64,000 nucleotides of DNA from an uncultured Acidobacteriota bacterium (GTDB lineage Bacteria > Acidobacteriota > UBA6911), in assembly GCA_963843575.1 (NCBI GenBank), contig CAWJKZ010000017.1:64001-128000 (forward strand). Reading direction: 5' to 3'. Positions 21,306 to 29,644 of the stretch are shown piece after piece. The position numbers and the translations under genes are program-made. Under the pieces are notes generated by a model. That model made no database searches and was not told the origin of the DNA. It saw nothing but the letters and a program-made list of their open reading frames with translations. Numbering within the stretch: the stretch's first letter is position 1; every line of letters begins with the position of its first letter.

Positions 21306-21473
21306 GAGGCTATCCAATGGTTTGATCTGCCCGAGGGCTTTCAGCCCGGACGCAGTTTGCGGGCGCTAATGTGCGCCCGTCCCCACATAGATCAGATCAA
21401 AAGACGTCCGGGCTGAAGCCCGGACCCACTTGTTTTACGGGCAGGGCGGGTGGTTCAACCGTTGGACAGCCTC
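21306..21473. mobile_element. 168-bp MITE with ~19-bp TIRs inserted in the loop of a REP-A and carrying a REPIN
   Basis: GAGGCTATCCAATGGTTTGA ... TCAACCGTTGGACAGCCTC, flanked by gtgggtccgggc-tgaa and ttca-gcccggac. Confidence 0.82.
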
Positions 21474-21560
21474 TTCAGCCCGGACTCACTTGGAATCTTG
21501 AATCCCGCAGCACGAATCCGCTACCTTCTGTCGCAGGGTAAGCAGAACAGGAGGTTGAAA

Positions 21561-22139
21561 ATGGTGGCGACACCGTCCGTGATGCTTAAGCTGGGCACAC
21601 CGGCGCCGGATTTCCGTCTGCCGGACGTTGTCTCCGGCGCGCTGGTCTCGCTCGACACATTTGCCGGAACACCGGGGTTGCTCGTGGTGTTCATCTCGCG
21701 TCACTGCCCATACGTGCAGCACATCAAGAGCGAATTGGCCCGCGTCGGCAGGGAGTACGTGGCGCGCGTGGGGATTGTGGCCATCTCGTCCAACGACGCC
21801 GAAAGCTACCCTGACGACACGCCTGCGAACATGAAGGCGATGGCGGACGAAGCCGGTTTCCTTTTCCCGGTGTGCTACGACGAGAGCCAGGCGGTCGCGC
21901 AATCGTACTCTGCGGCGTGCACGCCCGATTTCTTCCTGTTCGACAAAGACAGGAAGCTGGTCTACCGCGGGCAGCTCGACGACAGCCGGCCGGGCAACGG
22001 CAAGCCCGTCACAGGCGCGGACCTGCGTGCGGCGCTGGACGCGGTCGTCGCCGGCCGCGAGGTCAAGGGCGGCCAGAAGGCGTCGATCGGATGCAATATC
22101 AAGTGGAAGTCCGGGAACGAACCCCCCTATTTCCGGTAG
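21561..22139 (+). CDS. Thioredoxin/AhpC-TSA-like redoxin
   Basis: APDFRLPD, SRHCPYV, AACTPDFFLFD, YRGQLDDSRP, SIGCNIKW; GGAGG RBS. Confidence 0.92.
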   Translation: MVATPSVMLKLGTPAPDFRLPDVVSGALVSLDTFAGTPGLLVVFISRHCPYVQHIKSELARVGREYVARVGIVAISSNDAESYPDDTPANMKAMADEAGFLFPVCYDESQAVAQSYSAACTPDFFLFDKDRKLVYRGQLDDSRPGNGKPVTGADLRAALDAVVAGREVKGGQKASIGCNIKWKSGNEPPYFR

Positions 22140-22142
22140 GAT

Positions 22143-23255
22143 CTACCGCTGCGCCGCCAGGGTCTTGGGGCCTGGGGCGGGGACCGAGACGCTCCCCTTG
22201 GGCTTTCGGGGTGGCACCCCTTTGTGGCAGTCGGCGCAGCCGACCGTGTGGATGTTGTGGCGGCTGGAAACCGACTTGAAGCTCGTGTCCATCTTCTCCA
22301 CATCGAGACCGCAGTTGGAGAGGCGCGGGTGACACGACGAGCACGAGCGCCTGGCGTCGAGCGAGTGAGTCGCGTGGCAGGCGAAGCAGCCCAGCCCCTC
22401 GTGCACGCCCAGGGGCGTGCGATCGTCGCTGGTCGCGGCCTGGCGCGTGGCGTCGGGTGCGTGGCACTGGTAGCAGAGGCGCTGGCGCACGTCGGGCGAC
22501 ACTTCCACGGTCCGTGCGCCATCGACGATCCGGGGATGCGGGAGGAAGGTCGTTTCCCTGTGCGCCTTCTCGTGCCGCACGAAAAGGCTGACAAACGGCA
22601 GCCGTTGCGGCCGGGACGAGGAGATCGCCTTCGGGTCCGAATATTCGGGCCGCACCGACGGCGCCCCCTTGAAGTGGATTTCGTGACACGCCAGGCACGG
22701 GATCGCGTGCCGCTTCGACCGTTCCGGCTTAACCAGACGCCACGGTCCTTTCGTGCTGATCGGCGCGACGACGTCCTGGATATTCCCCTCGAAAAACATG
22801 GCGTGGCAGCGGAGGCAGTCCTCGTTCAGCTGCTCCGTGCGGTTGTGCTTGTCGTTCAGGAAGACGTCCGCATAGGTGAGCGAGTGGCCGCTGGCCAGCC
22901 AGGCGGCGTGTTCCCGCTCGTGGCACTCCTTGCAGCGGCCGGTCATCTCCACGGCCTGTTCCTCGCTGAGCCGGATCGACTCCGGCCGATCGGCGGTGAA
23001 GTGCGAGCTGACCCTGCGGCCGTTTTCCCAGAGGCTGTGCAGGCCGTTGCTGACGGCCGATCCGTGGCAGCCGGCGCACGGCACTTCTCTGTGGGCCGAC
23101 TGCGCCCACAGTTCCTGGGCGGGCTGGATTTCGTGGCACGAGGCGCACGTCCGCTCGGGCGAAGAGTAATGCCAGGCCGAGGCGAAACCGAGCACGGCCA
23201 CGATCCCCACCGCGGAGAGGATGATCACGAGTCTCTTTGCGGGCATCCATCGCAT
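22143..23255 (-). CDS. Membrane-anchored multiheme cytochrome c (9 CxxCH)
   Basis: N-terminal hydrophobic helix; CASCH, CAGCH, CKECH, CLRCH, CLACH, CYQCH, CFACH, CSSCH, CADCH. Confidence 0.9.
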   Translation of the reverse strand: MRWMPAKRLVIILSAVGIVAVLGFASAWHYSSPERTCASCHEIQPAQELWAQSAHREVPCAGCHGSAVSNGLHSLWENGRRVSSHFTADRPESIRLSEEQAVEMTGRCKECHEREHAAWLASGHSLTYADVFLNDKHNRTEQLNEDCLRCHAMFFEGNIQDVVAPISTKGPWRLVKPERSKRHAIPCLACHEIHFKGAPSVRPEYSDPKAISSSRPQRLPFVSLFVRHEKAHRETTFLPHPRIVDGARTVEVSPDVRQRLCYQCHAPDATRQAATSDDRTPLGVHEGLGCFACHATHSLDARRSCSSCHPRLSNCGLDVEKMDTSFKSVSSRHNIHTVGCADCHKGVPPRKPKGSVSVPAPGPKTLAAQR

Positions 23256-23263
23256 AGGGTGTT

Positions 23264-24919
23264 TCAGGAGCGGAAGCGCGTCCCGGCCCATTGTTTCTTG
23301 ATGTAATCCGAAACCCAGTAGCCCAGCGCCATGATGGTCAGGACGGGGTTGAAGCCGCCATTGGTCACGTGAAGGCTGCCGTCGGCCACGAACAGGTTGT
23401 CTATGTCGTGCAGCTGCCCATGGGGGTTGGTGACGGAAGTCCTGGAGTCGTTGCCCATGCGGCAGGTCCCTGCCTGGTGCTGGCCGCCGCTCAACGACAG
23501 CCCCGGGACCAGGGTCCACGTGCGCGTCGCCCCGGCTTCCCTGACCCAGAGTTCCGCTTTGGAGGCGAGGAACCGGCAGATTTCGAGGTCGTGCTCGTGC
23601 CGCCTCCCGGAGAGCCGCGCGACCGGGATCCCCCAGTGATCTCGGGTGCCCGGATCGACCTGGACGCGGGCGTCGAACACCGGCATCTCCTGCACGGGCC
23701 CCTGCACCCCCAGGGAAAACCTGTAATAGCGCCGCTGGAATTCCTTGTGCTCCCGGCCCCACGTCGGTGCGCCGGGCGGGTGCTTCTTGGTGAAAAGGTA
23801 CGGCAGCCGGATGAACTCGTTGGCGAGCATCCCGCCGCCCCTCAGCCCGGGATTTCCGTGGCTGAAATCGCACGCCGCGATGCAGGCTCCCGGCCCTACG
23901 TCGTCGTACACCTCCTGCTCGAAGGTGCCCCAGGCGCCGCAGTAGGCGTGCCCCTGAAGGTTGCGCCCGACCCAGTCATGGCGGTTGCCCGCCCCGGTCG
24001 GGAACAGGCGCGAACGCGAGTTCAGCAGCAGGCGGGCGCTTTCGGTCGCGGACCCGGCGACGACCACCAGGTCGGCGCCCTGAAACCGTTCCCGGTCTTC
24101 GGGGGAGAAGTACCGGACGCCTGCGGCCCGGCCGCGGTCGTCGACCATGATTTCGGCGGCGACGCTGCCGGTGCGCACTTCGCAGTTGCCCGTAGCGATC
24201 GCCCGAGGGATGACCGTGTTCTGGGTGCCGTTCTTGGCGTTGACCTCGCAGGCGAACCCGACGCAGGAACGGCAGCGGATGCAGGCAGGGCGTCCGTCTC
24301 GGGGGACGGTGTTCCGGAGCATCGGGATGGGGAACGGGTGCAATCCGATGCGGCGTGCCGCCGCGTCCAGCAGTCGCCCTTCGGTCGTGTACCCGTGCGG
24401 CGGCATCGGGTAGGGCTTGCGGCGCGGCGCTTCGAACGGGTTTGAGCCGTGCGACCCGGCAACCCCGATCTCCCATTCCGCCTTCTCGTAGAAAGGCTCG
24501 AGGTCCGCATAGGAGATCGGCCAGTCGTCGAGGGTGGAGCCCTCCGGGGTTCCGTAAACGGACTTCATCCGGAAGTCCCGTTCCATGAACCGCCAGGCCA
24601 TGGCGCCATAGCTGACGGTGCCCGAGCCAACACACGCGGCGTTGTTGTTGTAGGCGCCTTCGCTCGGAAGCACTACGCGCTCCGCGCCATCGCTTCCCAC
24701 CACCACCCTCTTGTACCTGTCGTCGTCGGGTCCGAAAGCGTTGCCGAGAACGGTGGTGCGCTGGCTGATCAGTTCGTCGTGGTCGTGGTCCTCGAAACGG
24801 GGCCAGCCGCCCCGCTCGAGGAGGACGACGCTGAGCCCGGCTTCGCTGAGTTCCTTGGCGACGACGCCCCCGCCGGCTCCCGCGCCGACGACGACCGCAT
24901 TCACGTGTTTCAAGGCCAT
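23264..24919 (-). CDS. GMC family FAD oxidoreductase (large subunit of a gluconate/glucoside dehydrogenase-type complex)
   Basis: VVVGAGAGGG, DDWPISYADLEPFY, Cys cluster CIRCRSCVGFAC, HQAGTCRMG, NPVLTIMAL. Confidence 0.93.
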   Translation of the reverse strand: MALKHVNAVVVGAGAGGGVVAKELSEAGLSVVLLERGGWPRFEDHDHDELISQRTTVLGNAFGPDDDRYKRVVVGSDGAERVVLPSEGAYNNNAACVGSGTVSYGAMAWRFMERDFRMKSVYGTPEGSTLDDWPISYADLEPFYEKAEWEIGVAGSHGSNPFEAPRRKPYPMPPHGYTTEGRLLDAAARRIGLHPFPIPMLRNTVPRDGRPACIRCRSCVGFACEVNAKNGTQNTVIPRAIATGNCEVRTGSVAAEIMVDDRGRAAGVRYFSPEDRERFQGADLVVVAGSATESARLLLNSRSRLFPTGAGNRHDWVGRNLQGHAYCGAWGTFEQEVYDDVGPGACIAACDFSHGNPGLRGGGMLANEFIRLPYLFTKKHPPGAPTWGREHKEFQRRYYRFSLGVQGPVQEMPVFDARVQVDPGTRDHWGIPVARLSGRRHEHDLEICRFLASKAELWVREAGATRTWTLVPGLSLSGGQHQAGTCRMGNDSRTSVTNPHGQLHDIDNLFVADGSLHVTNGGFNPVLTIMALGYWVSDYIKKQWAGTRFRS

Positions 24920-25000
24920 GGTGTCTTACAAATACGCTGACGTATTTTTCAGGACGCGGATTGGCGCGGATCCACACGGATCGACCCAGGCCATTGTGGA

Positions 25001-25558
25001 CTAAGTCTTGGCGCGATACCGGTTCTGACCAATGATCTGGGGGAAGTCGAGGCCGATCATCCGGTAGCTGACGTAGTCCCGGTTCCCCCCGTGCCGCGGG
25101 CTGCCGTAATAACCCTGCATCACGTGGTCGCGCACCATCTCGAAAAACGCGTCCGCGGCATGCTTCCGCCAGGTGGCGCCGGGCGCCTTCCCCGCCTCGA
25201 GCCTCTGGAGGACCGCCGTCTGCCGGTCCCAGGACAGCGACTCGAAGGGGGCGCCGAAAAGGGCGGCGCTGCTTTCCTGAACGCCCGCGATTCCCGTCCG
25301 GTACGCGCCCTGGAACCGACGGTACGGGCCGACCAGCTGTTTGTCGATGAAGTTGGTGCAACCCGCGTATGTCGCACCCGGATCCTGGTCCGCCGGAATG
25401 ATCTGCTCGCCAATTGCCACAACGACCCTGGCCTCCTCGTCGGTGAGGAAGCGCCAGGCGAGCGGAGTCCGGCGGCACCCCGACAACACGGACGCGCCGC
25501 CCGCAACCACACCGACTGTCTTGAGAAAACGTCGTCGAGGATAACGCCTGCCGGGCAA
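25001..25558 (-). CDS. Gluconate 2-dehydrogenase subunit 3-like Tat lipoprotein
   Basis: RRRFLK Tat motif, lipobox LSGC, IIPADQDPGA, GYYGSPRHGGNRD; GGAGG RBS before a TTG start. Confidence 0.88.
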   Translation of the reverse strand: MPGRRYPRRRFLKTVGVVAGGASVLSGCRRTPLAWRFLTDEEARVVVAIGEQIIPADQDPGATYAGCTNFIDKQLVGPYRRFQGAYRTGIAGVQESSAALFGAPFESLSWDRQTAVLQRLEAGKAPGATWRKHAADAFFEMVRDHVMQGYYGSPRHGGNRDYVSYRMIGLDFPQIIGQNRYRAKT

Positions 25559-25777
25559 GTGGGTACCTCCGCGGGTGAGGATGCGGCCCTCAATGTAAGC
25601 GGAGCCGCCCGAGATTGCAACGGCCTTATGGAGTGCGGCGCCGGGCGGCAGAATGCTTTATTGCCCACCAGCCACGCAATTGTCGACCTGCGCCAGACCT
25701 GAATTGCGGGGAAGTGATAAGATGGATCACCTCGAGGGCCGCAGGGCCTGTGCCATATTTCCCACAAGGAGATCGAG

Positions 25778-26728
25778 ATGCGACTGAATCGTCGGGAGTT
25801 CATCGGCGCCGCGGTGGCGGCGGCCTGCGCCGGAACCGCCGGCGCCGCCGCACCGGCGCGCGAGCGGAAGATGAAATTTCAGCTGTCCTGGGGATCGATC
25901 GGGGTCCGCGCCACCCAGATCGAAGCCATCGCGCTCGCGCATCGCTTCGGCTTCGAGGCGGTCGAAGTCAACCAGGAGTTTCTGGCCGGCCTGCCCGAAG
26001 ACGAACTCAAGAGACTTCTCGCAGACTTGGCGCAGAAGAACCTCGTCTGGGGAACTGCGGGCCTGCCCGTCGATTTCCGCGGAGATGAGGCGAAGTTCGC
26101 CAACGGGATGAAGGGGCTGCCACGCAGCGCGGCCGGGCTGCAACGCGCCGGGGTCAAGCGGGTCGGCACATGGATCATGCCCTGCGACGACAAGACCACC
26201 TACCTGCAGAATTTCAAAAACCACGCGACGAGGCTGCGCGAGATCTCCAGGGTGCTCGGAGACCACGGGCTGCGCCTCGGGCTCGAGTACGTCGGAACCC
26301 AGTCGCTGCGGGACAGCAAACGCTTCCCCTTCCTGCACACCATGGCCGAAGGCAAAGAGTTGATCGCCGAGGTCGGCACCGGGAACGTCGGTTTCGTGCT
26401 CGACACCTGGCACTGGTGGACGGCAGGGGAGACCGTCGAAGACCTCCTCTCCCTCACCAACGACCAGATCGTGTCGGTGGACCTGAACGACGCGCCCGCC
26501 GGCATCGCCAGGGAACAGCAGGTCGACACGAAGCGCGAGCTGCCGGCATCCACGGCGGTGATCGACGTGGCCGCGTTCCTCAACGCCCTGCTGCAACTGG
26601 GCTACGACGGGCCGGTCCGTGCCGAGCCGTTCAACAAGCCGTTGAACGACCTGGAAAACGACGCGGCATGCGCCGCGGTCATCGATTCCCTGAAAAAAGC
26701 CTTCGCGCTCGCCGAGGCGAGGGCATAA
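25778..26728 (+). CDS. Tat-exported sugar-phosphate isomerase/epimerase-fold (AP_endonuc_2 TIM barrel) protein
   Basis: NRREFI Tat signal, LGLEY, LDTWHW, DLND, GYDGPVRAEPF. Confidence 0.88.
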   Translation: MRLNRREFIGAAVAAACAGTAGAAAPARERKMKFQLSWGSIGVRATQIEAIALAHRFGFEAVEVNQEFLAGLPEDELKRLLADLAQKNLVWGTAGLPVDFRGDEAKFANGMKGLPRSAAGLQRAGVKRVGTWIMPCDDKTTYLQNFKNHATRLREISRVLGDHGLRLGLEYVGTQSLRDSKRFPFLHTMAEGKELIAEVGTGNVGFVLDTWHWWTAGETVEDLLSLTNDQIVSVDLNDAPAGIAREQQVDTKRELPASTAVIDVAAFLNALLQLGYDGPVRAEPFNKPLNDLENDAACAAVIDSLKKAFALAEARA

Positions 26729-26742
26729 CGGGAGAAACGTCC

Positions 26743-28308
26743 ATGGCTCACGCCCGGAACGGTCTTGTGCTCTTTGTGCTCCTCTCCGCCGTGCTTTCCC
26801 TGTCCGCCGGGGCCCAGGACCAGCGGCGCATCAGCCTTGCGTCGCTGGAGGACAAGATCCGCGGCGGCTGGGCCGGACAGATGATCGGCGTCGCCTATGG
26901 CGCACCCACGGAGTTCCGGTCCAACGGTCGCATTAACGAGGCTGAACTCAAGTGGTCGCCCGCGATGGTGTCCAACGCGATCCAGCAGGACGACCTATAC
27001 GTCGAGATGACCTTCGCCGAGGTGATGGACAAGGTGGGCCTGGAAGCGACCTCGGAGCAGTACGGCGAGATGTTCAGAAACTCCAGGTACTCGCTCTGGC
27101 ATGCCAACGCGGCCGCCCGCAGGCTCCTGAACAACGGCATCAAGGCGCCGCTCTCCGGAGATCCCAGGTACAATTCCCACGCGAACGACATCGATTTCCA
27201 GATCGAGTCCGATTTCATCGGGCTGATGACGCCGGGGCTGCCGCAGGAGGCCAACAAGTACTGCGACCGCGTCGGCAGGGTCATGAACTACGGCGACGGC
27301 CTGTACGGCGGGATGTTCTTCGGCGGCATGTACTCGGCCGCCTTTTTCGAAAGGGACCCGCGCCGCGTCGTCGAGGCCGGCCTGGCGTGCATCCCGGCAA
27401 AGAGCGGTTACGGACGCGTGATCCGCGACGTGCTGGACTGGTCGGCGAAATCCCCGGGGGACTGGCGCAGGACCTGGCAGCTGCTCCAGGAGAAATGGGA
27501 CCGAGACGATCCCTGCCCGGACGGGGCGCTGCTCCCCTTCAACATCGACGCCCGGCTCAACGGCGCCTACGTAGCACTGGGCGTGTTGTACGGGCAGAAG
27601 GACTTCGCCAGGACCCTAGAGGTTTCCACCCGCAGCGGGCAGGACTCCGACTGCAACCCGTCGAGCGCCGCAGGCATTCTCGGCGTAATGCTCGGGTACC
27701 AGGGGATACCGGAGATCTACAAGTCCGGGATCCCGGCCCTCGCGGACACCCGGTTTCAGTACACCAACTACTCGTTCAACGAAATCTGCAAGTCCACGCT
27801 CGACCGAGCGCTGAAGGTGATCCGCGCGGCCGGCGGCAAGGTCGGGCCGCAGGAAGTCACGATCCCGCTGCAGCCGGCGAAGGCGGCGAAGCTTGAGCAG
27901 TGGGATCCCGGGATACCCGACAGGCGGCTCGGCACGAACGACCCGGCCTGGAAGTGGAGCGGCCCCTGGAAGGAAGCGAAAGGGGAGGGAGACCGCGATA
28001 GGTTCGTCTCCCGCGCCGTCGCAGGAGCCGGAGCCGAGGCGACCCTGGAGTTCACAGGGTGCGCCGTCCAGATCGTCGGCCCGTGCTCGCAATCCGGCGG
28101 CCGCGCCGACGTATACCTCGACGGCAGAAAGGCCGGGGAGATCAACGCCTACATCGTGGAGAGGACCAACGACGACGACCTCTGGCACACCTACGGGCTG
28201 AGACAGGGGCAGCACATCGTCCGCATCGTTACGCGCGACGACGCCGATCCACGCTCGAAGGGAAAGAGCCTGGCGCTCCATTGGGCCGTCACATACCGCG
28301 CCAGATAA
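26743..28308 (+). CDS. Secreted ADP-ribosylglycohydrolase-fold protein with C-terminal beta-sandwich domain
   Basis: Signal peptide, DKIRGGWAGQMIG, QDDLYVE, NDIDFQIE, GQDSDCN. Confidence 0.85.
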   Translation: MAHARNGLVLFVLLSAVLSLSAGAQDQRRISLASLEDKIRGGWAGQMIGVAYGAPTEFRSNGRINEAELKWSPAMVSNAIQQDDLYVEMTFAEVMDKVGLEATSEQYGEMFRNSRYSLWHANAAARRLLNNGIKAPLSGDPRYNSHANDIDFQIESDFIGLMTPGLPQEANKYCDRVGRVMNYGDGLYGGMFFGGMYSAAFFERDPRRVVEAGLACIPAKSGYGRVIRDVLDWSAKSPGDWRRTWQLLQEKWDRDDPCPDGALLPFNIDARLNGAYVALGVLYGQKDFARTLEVSTRSGQDSDCNPSSAAGILGVMLGYQGIPEIYKSGIPALADTRFQYTNYSFNEICKSTLDRALKVIRAAGGKVGPQEVTIPLQPAKAAKLEQWDPGIPDRRLGTNDPAWKWSGPWKEAKGEGDRDRFVSRAVAGAGAEATLEFTGCAVQIVGPCSQSGGRADVYLDGRKAGEINAYIVERTNDDDLWHTYGLRQGQHIVRIVTRDDADPRSKGKSLALHWAVTYRAR

Positions 28309-28503
28309 GCGGTACGGGAATGCTGCGGCCCGACGGTGCCGCGCTGATGCCGCAACTCGGTATGGCACCGAGGCGCCGGGCATTTCGGCGTTCGGCCTTG
28401 GGGCGTAAGAGCAACCCCGCGGGGTACATTTAAGCCAACGAATGCCGTTCCGGGCGGCTGCTTCCATTCCGAGCCCACGCCTTGTGGTCCGCGCCCTGAG
28501 TTT

Positions 28504-28578
28504 GGGGTGCGGCGCCTCGGCGCCGCTTAACGCTGCGCCCCGCGTCGGAATAACTGGGCGCCTCGGCGCCGCACTCCA
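28504..28578. repeat. Inverted pair of GGAG-type REPs (GGAGTGCGGCGCCTCGGCGCCGC)
   Basis: ggggtgcggcgcctcggcgccgc ... gggcgcctcggcgccgcactcc between convergent genes; same unit at ~11232. Confidence 0.75.
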
Positions 28579-28582
28579 TACA

Positions 28583-29470
28583 TCAGGAGATCAGCTTGCG
28601 CAGGGTTGCGAGGTGGCGCGGGACGGCCGTCTTCGGGTCTTCCTTCCCCTCATACTCCAGCGCGATATAGCCGCGGTATCCCGCCTTCTTCAGCAGGTCG
28701 ATTTCCCTGGCAAGGTCGGCCGGCCGGTTGTCGATCTCCGTCTTGATTTGGACGTTCACGGCGTAGGGAGCGACCATCGCCAGCTCGGCGTAGGGGTCCG
28801 CCCCGCGGAAATTCCCCGTGTCCAGATTGATCCCGAACCACTCCGACTTTACTTCCTTGACGATCGCAAGCGTCTGCTGCGGCGTGGAGACGATTCCGCC
28901 GTGATTCTCGAGAGCCAGCGTTATGCCCCGCTCCCCGGCGTATTCGCAGCACTGCTCGATCGCCGCCACGGCCCACTTGCGCGCCTGCTCCTCGGTTGTC
29001 CCCTTCTGGAGGCTTCCGGCGAAAATCCGGATGACCGGCGCGCCCAGCTCCAGGGCATGGTCGACCCACATCTTCACGTGCGCGATCTCCTTGTCGAGTT
29101 GCGGGCCGGGAGGATAGGTGAACGTGTTCCCCACGGCGGTCCCCGAGATCGACAGCCCGAGCAAGAAGGCGCGATGGCGGTAGCGGTGGAGATAGTCCTT
29201 CGTGACGGGTTCCGGGAAGTAATACGCGGTCGGTTCAATCGCATCGAGCGGGTATCCCGCCGCGAGGTCCACGAAGTCCTCGTAGCTCATCGACTTCCTG
29301 GGGCCCTGAAGATAGTCCCGGAAGGAATATCCCGCCAGGCTGAGCTTCATGCGCGGTTCGCCGTGACGGCGGACCGGATCGATCGCGCTTGCCGGGGTGC
29401 CGGCAACCCCCGCGAAGCCAGCGGCCGCTGCGGTCATCATGAATCGGCGCCTCGAACAGTCCATGTGCAT
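28583..29470 (-). CDS. Tat-exported sugar-phosphate isomerase/epimerase-fold (TIM barrel) protein
   Basis: SRRRFM Tat signal, IRIFAG, LALENHGG, NLDTGNF, GYRGYIALEYEG. Confidence 0.88.
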   Translation of the reverse strand: MHMDCSRRRFMMTAAAAGFAGVAGTPASAIDPVRRHGEPRMKLSLAGYSFRDYLQGPRKSMSYEDFVDLAAGYPLDAIEPTAYYFPEPVTKDYLHRYRHRAFLLGLSISGTAVGNTFTYPPGPQLDKEIAHVKMWVDHALELGAPVIRIFAGSLQKGTTEEQARKWAVAAIEQCCEYAGERGITLALENHGGIVSTPQQTLAIVKEVKSEWFGINLDTGNFRGADPYAELAMVAPYAVNVQIKTEIDNRPADLAREIDLLKKAGYRGYIALEYEGKEDPKTAVPRHLATLRKLIS

Positions 29471-29540
29471 CCTCCTTCGTGTGAATGGTCCCGGCGATTA
29501 TAGGCCCATCTGCGGATTCGCCGGAGTCAAAGTGAAGCGG

Positions 29541-29567
29541 GTGGGCCGCGGCGGCTCGCCGCGGCCC
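29541..29567 (+). repeat. REP-B palindrome
   Basis: gtgggccgcggcggctcgccgcggccc. Confidence 0.7.
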
Positions 29568-29644
29568 CGGGCGGTTCACTATTGATTGCATAGCGATGGC
29601 ATACTTGCTAATCTCAGCGCCTAAATCAAAGAGTCCGCATGCAC

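Noticed and set aside
22143-23873. 576-aa N-terminally extended cytochrome ORF
   Set aside because: The extension overlaps the GMC gene in another frame and is low-complexity; the membrane anchor begins at ~23255.
26743-28308. ADP-ribosylglycohydrolase as an antitoxin or DraG-type regulator
   Set aside because: It has a signal peptide and there is no adjacent ADP-ribosyltransferase, toxin or nif genes.
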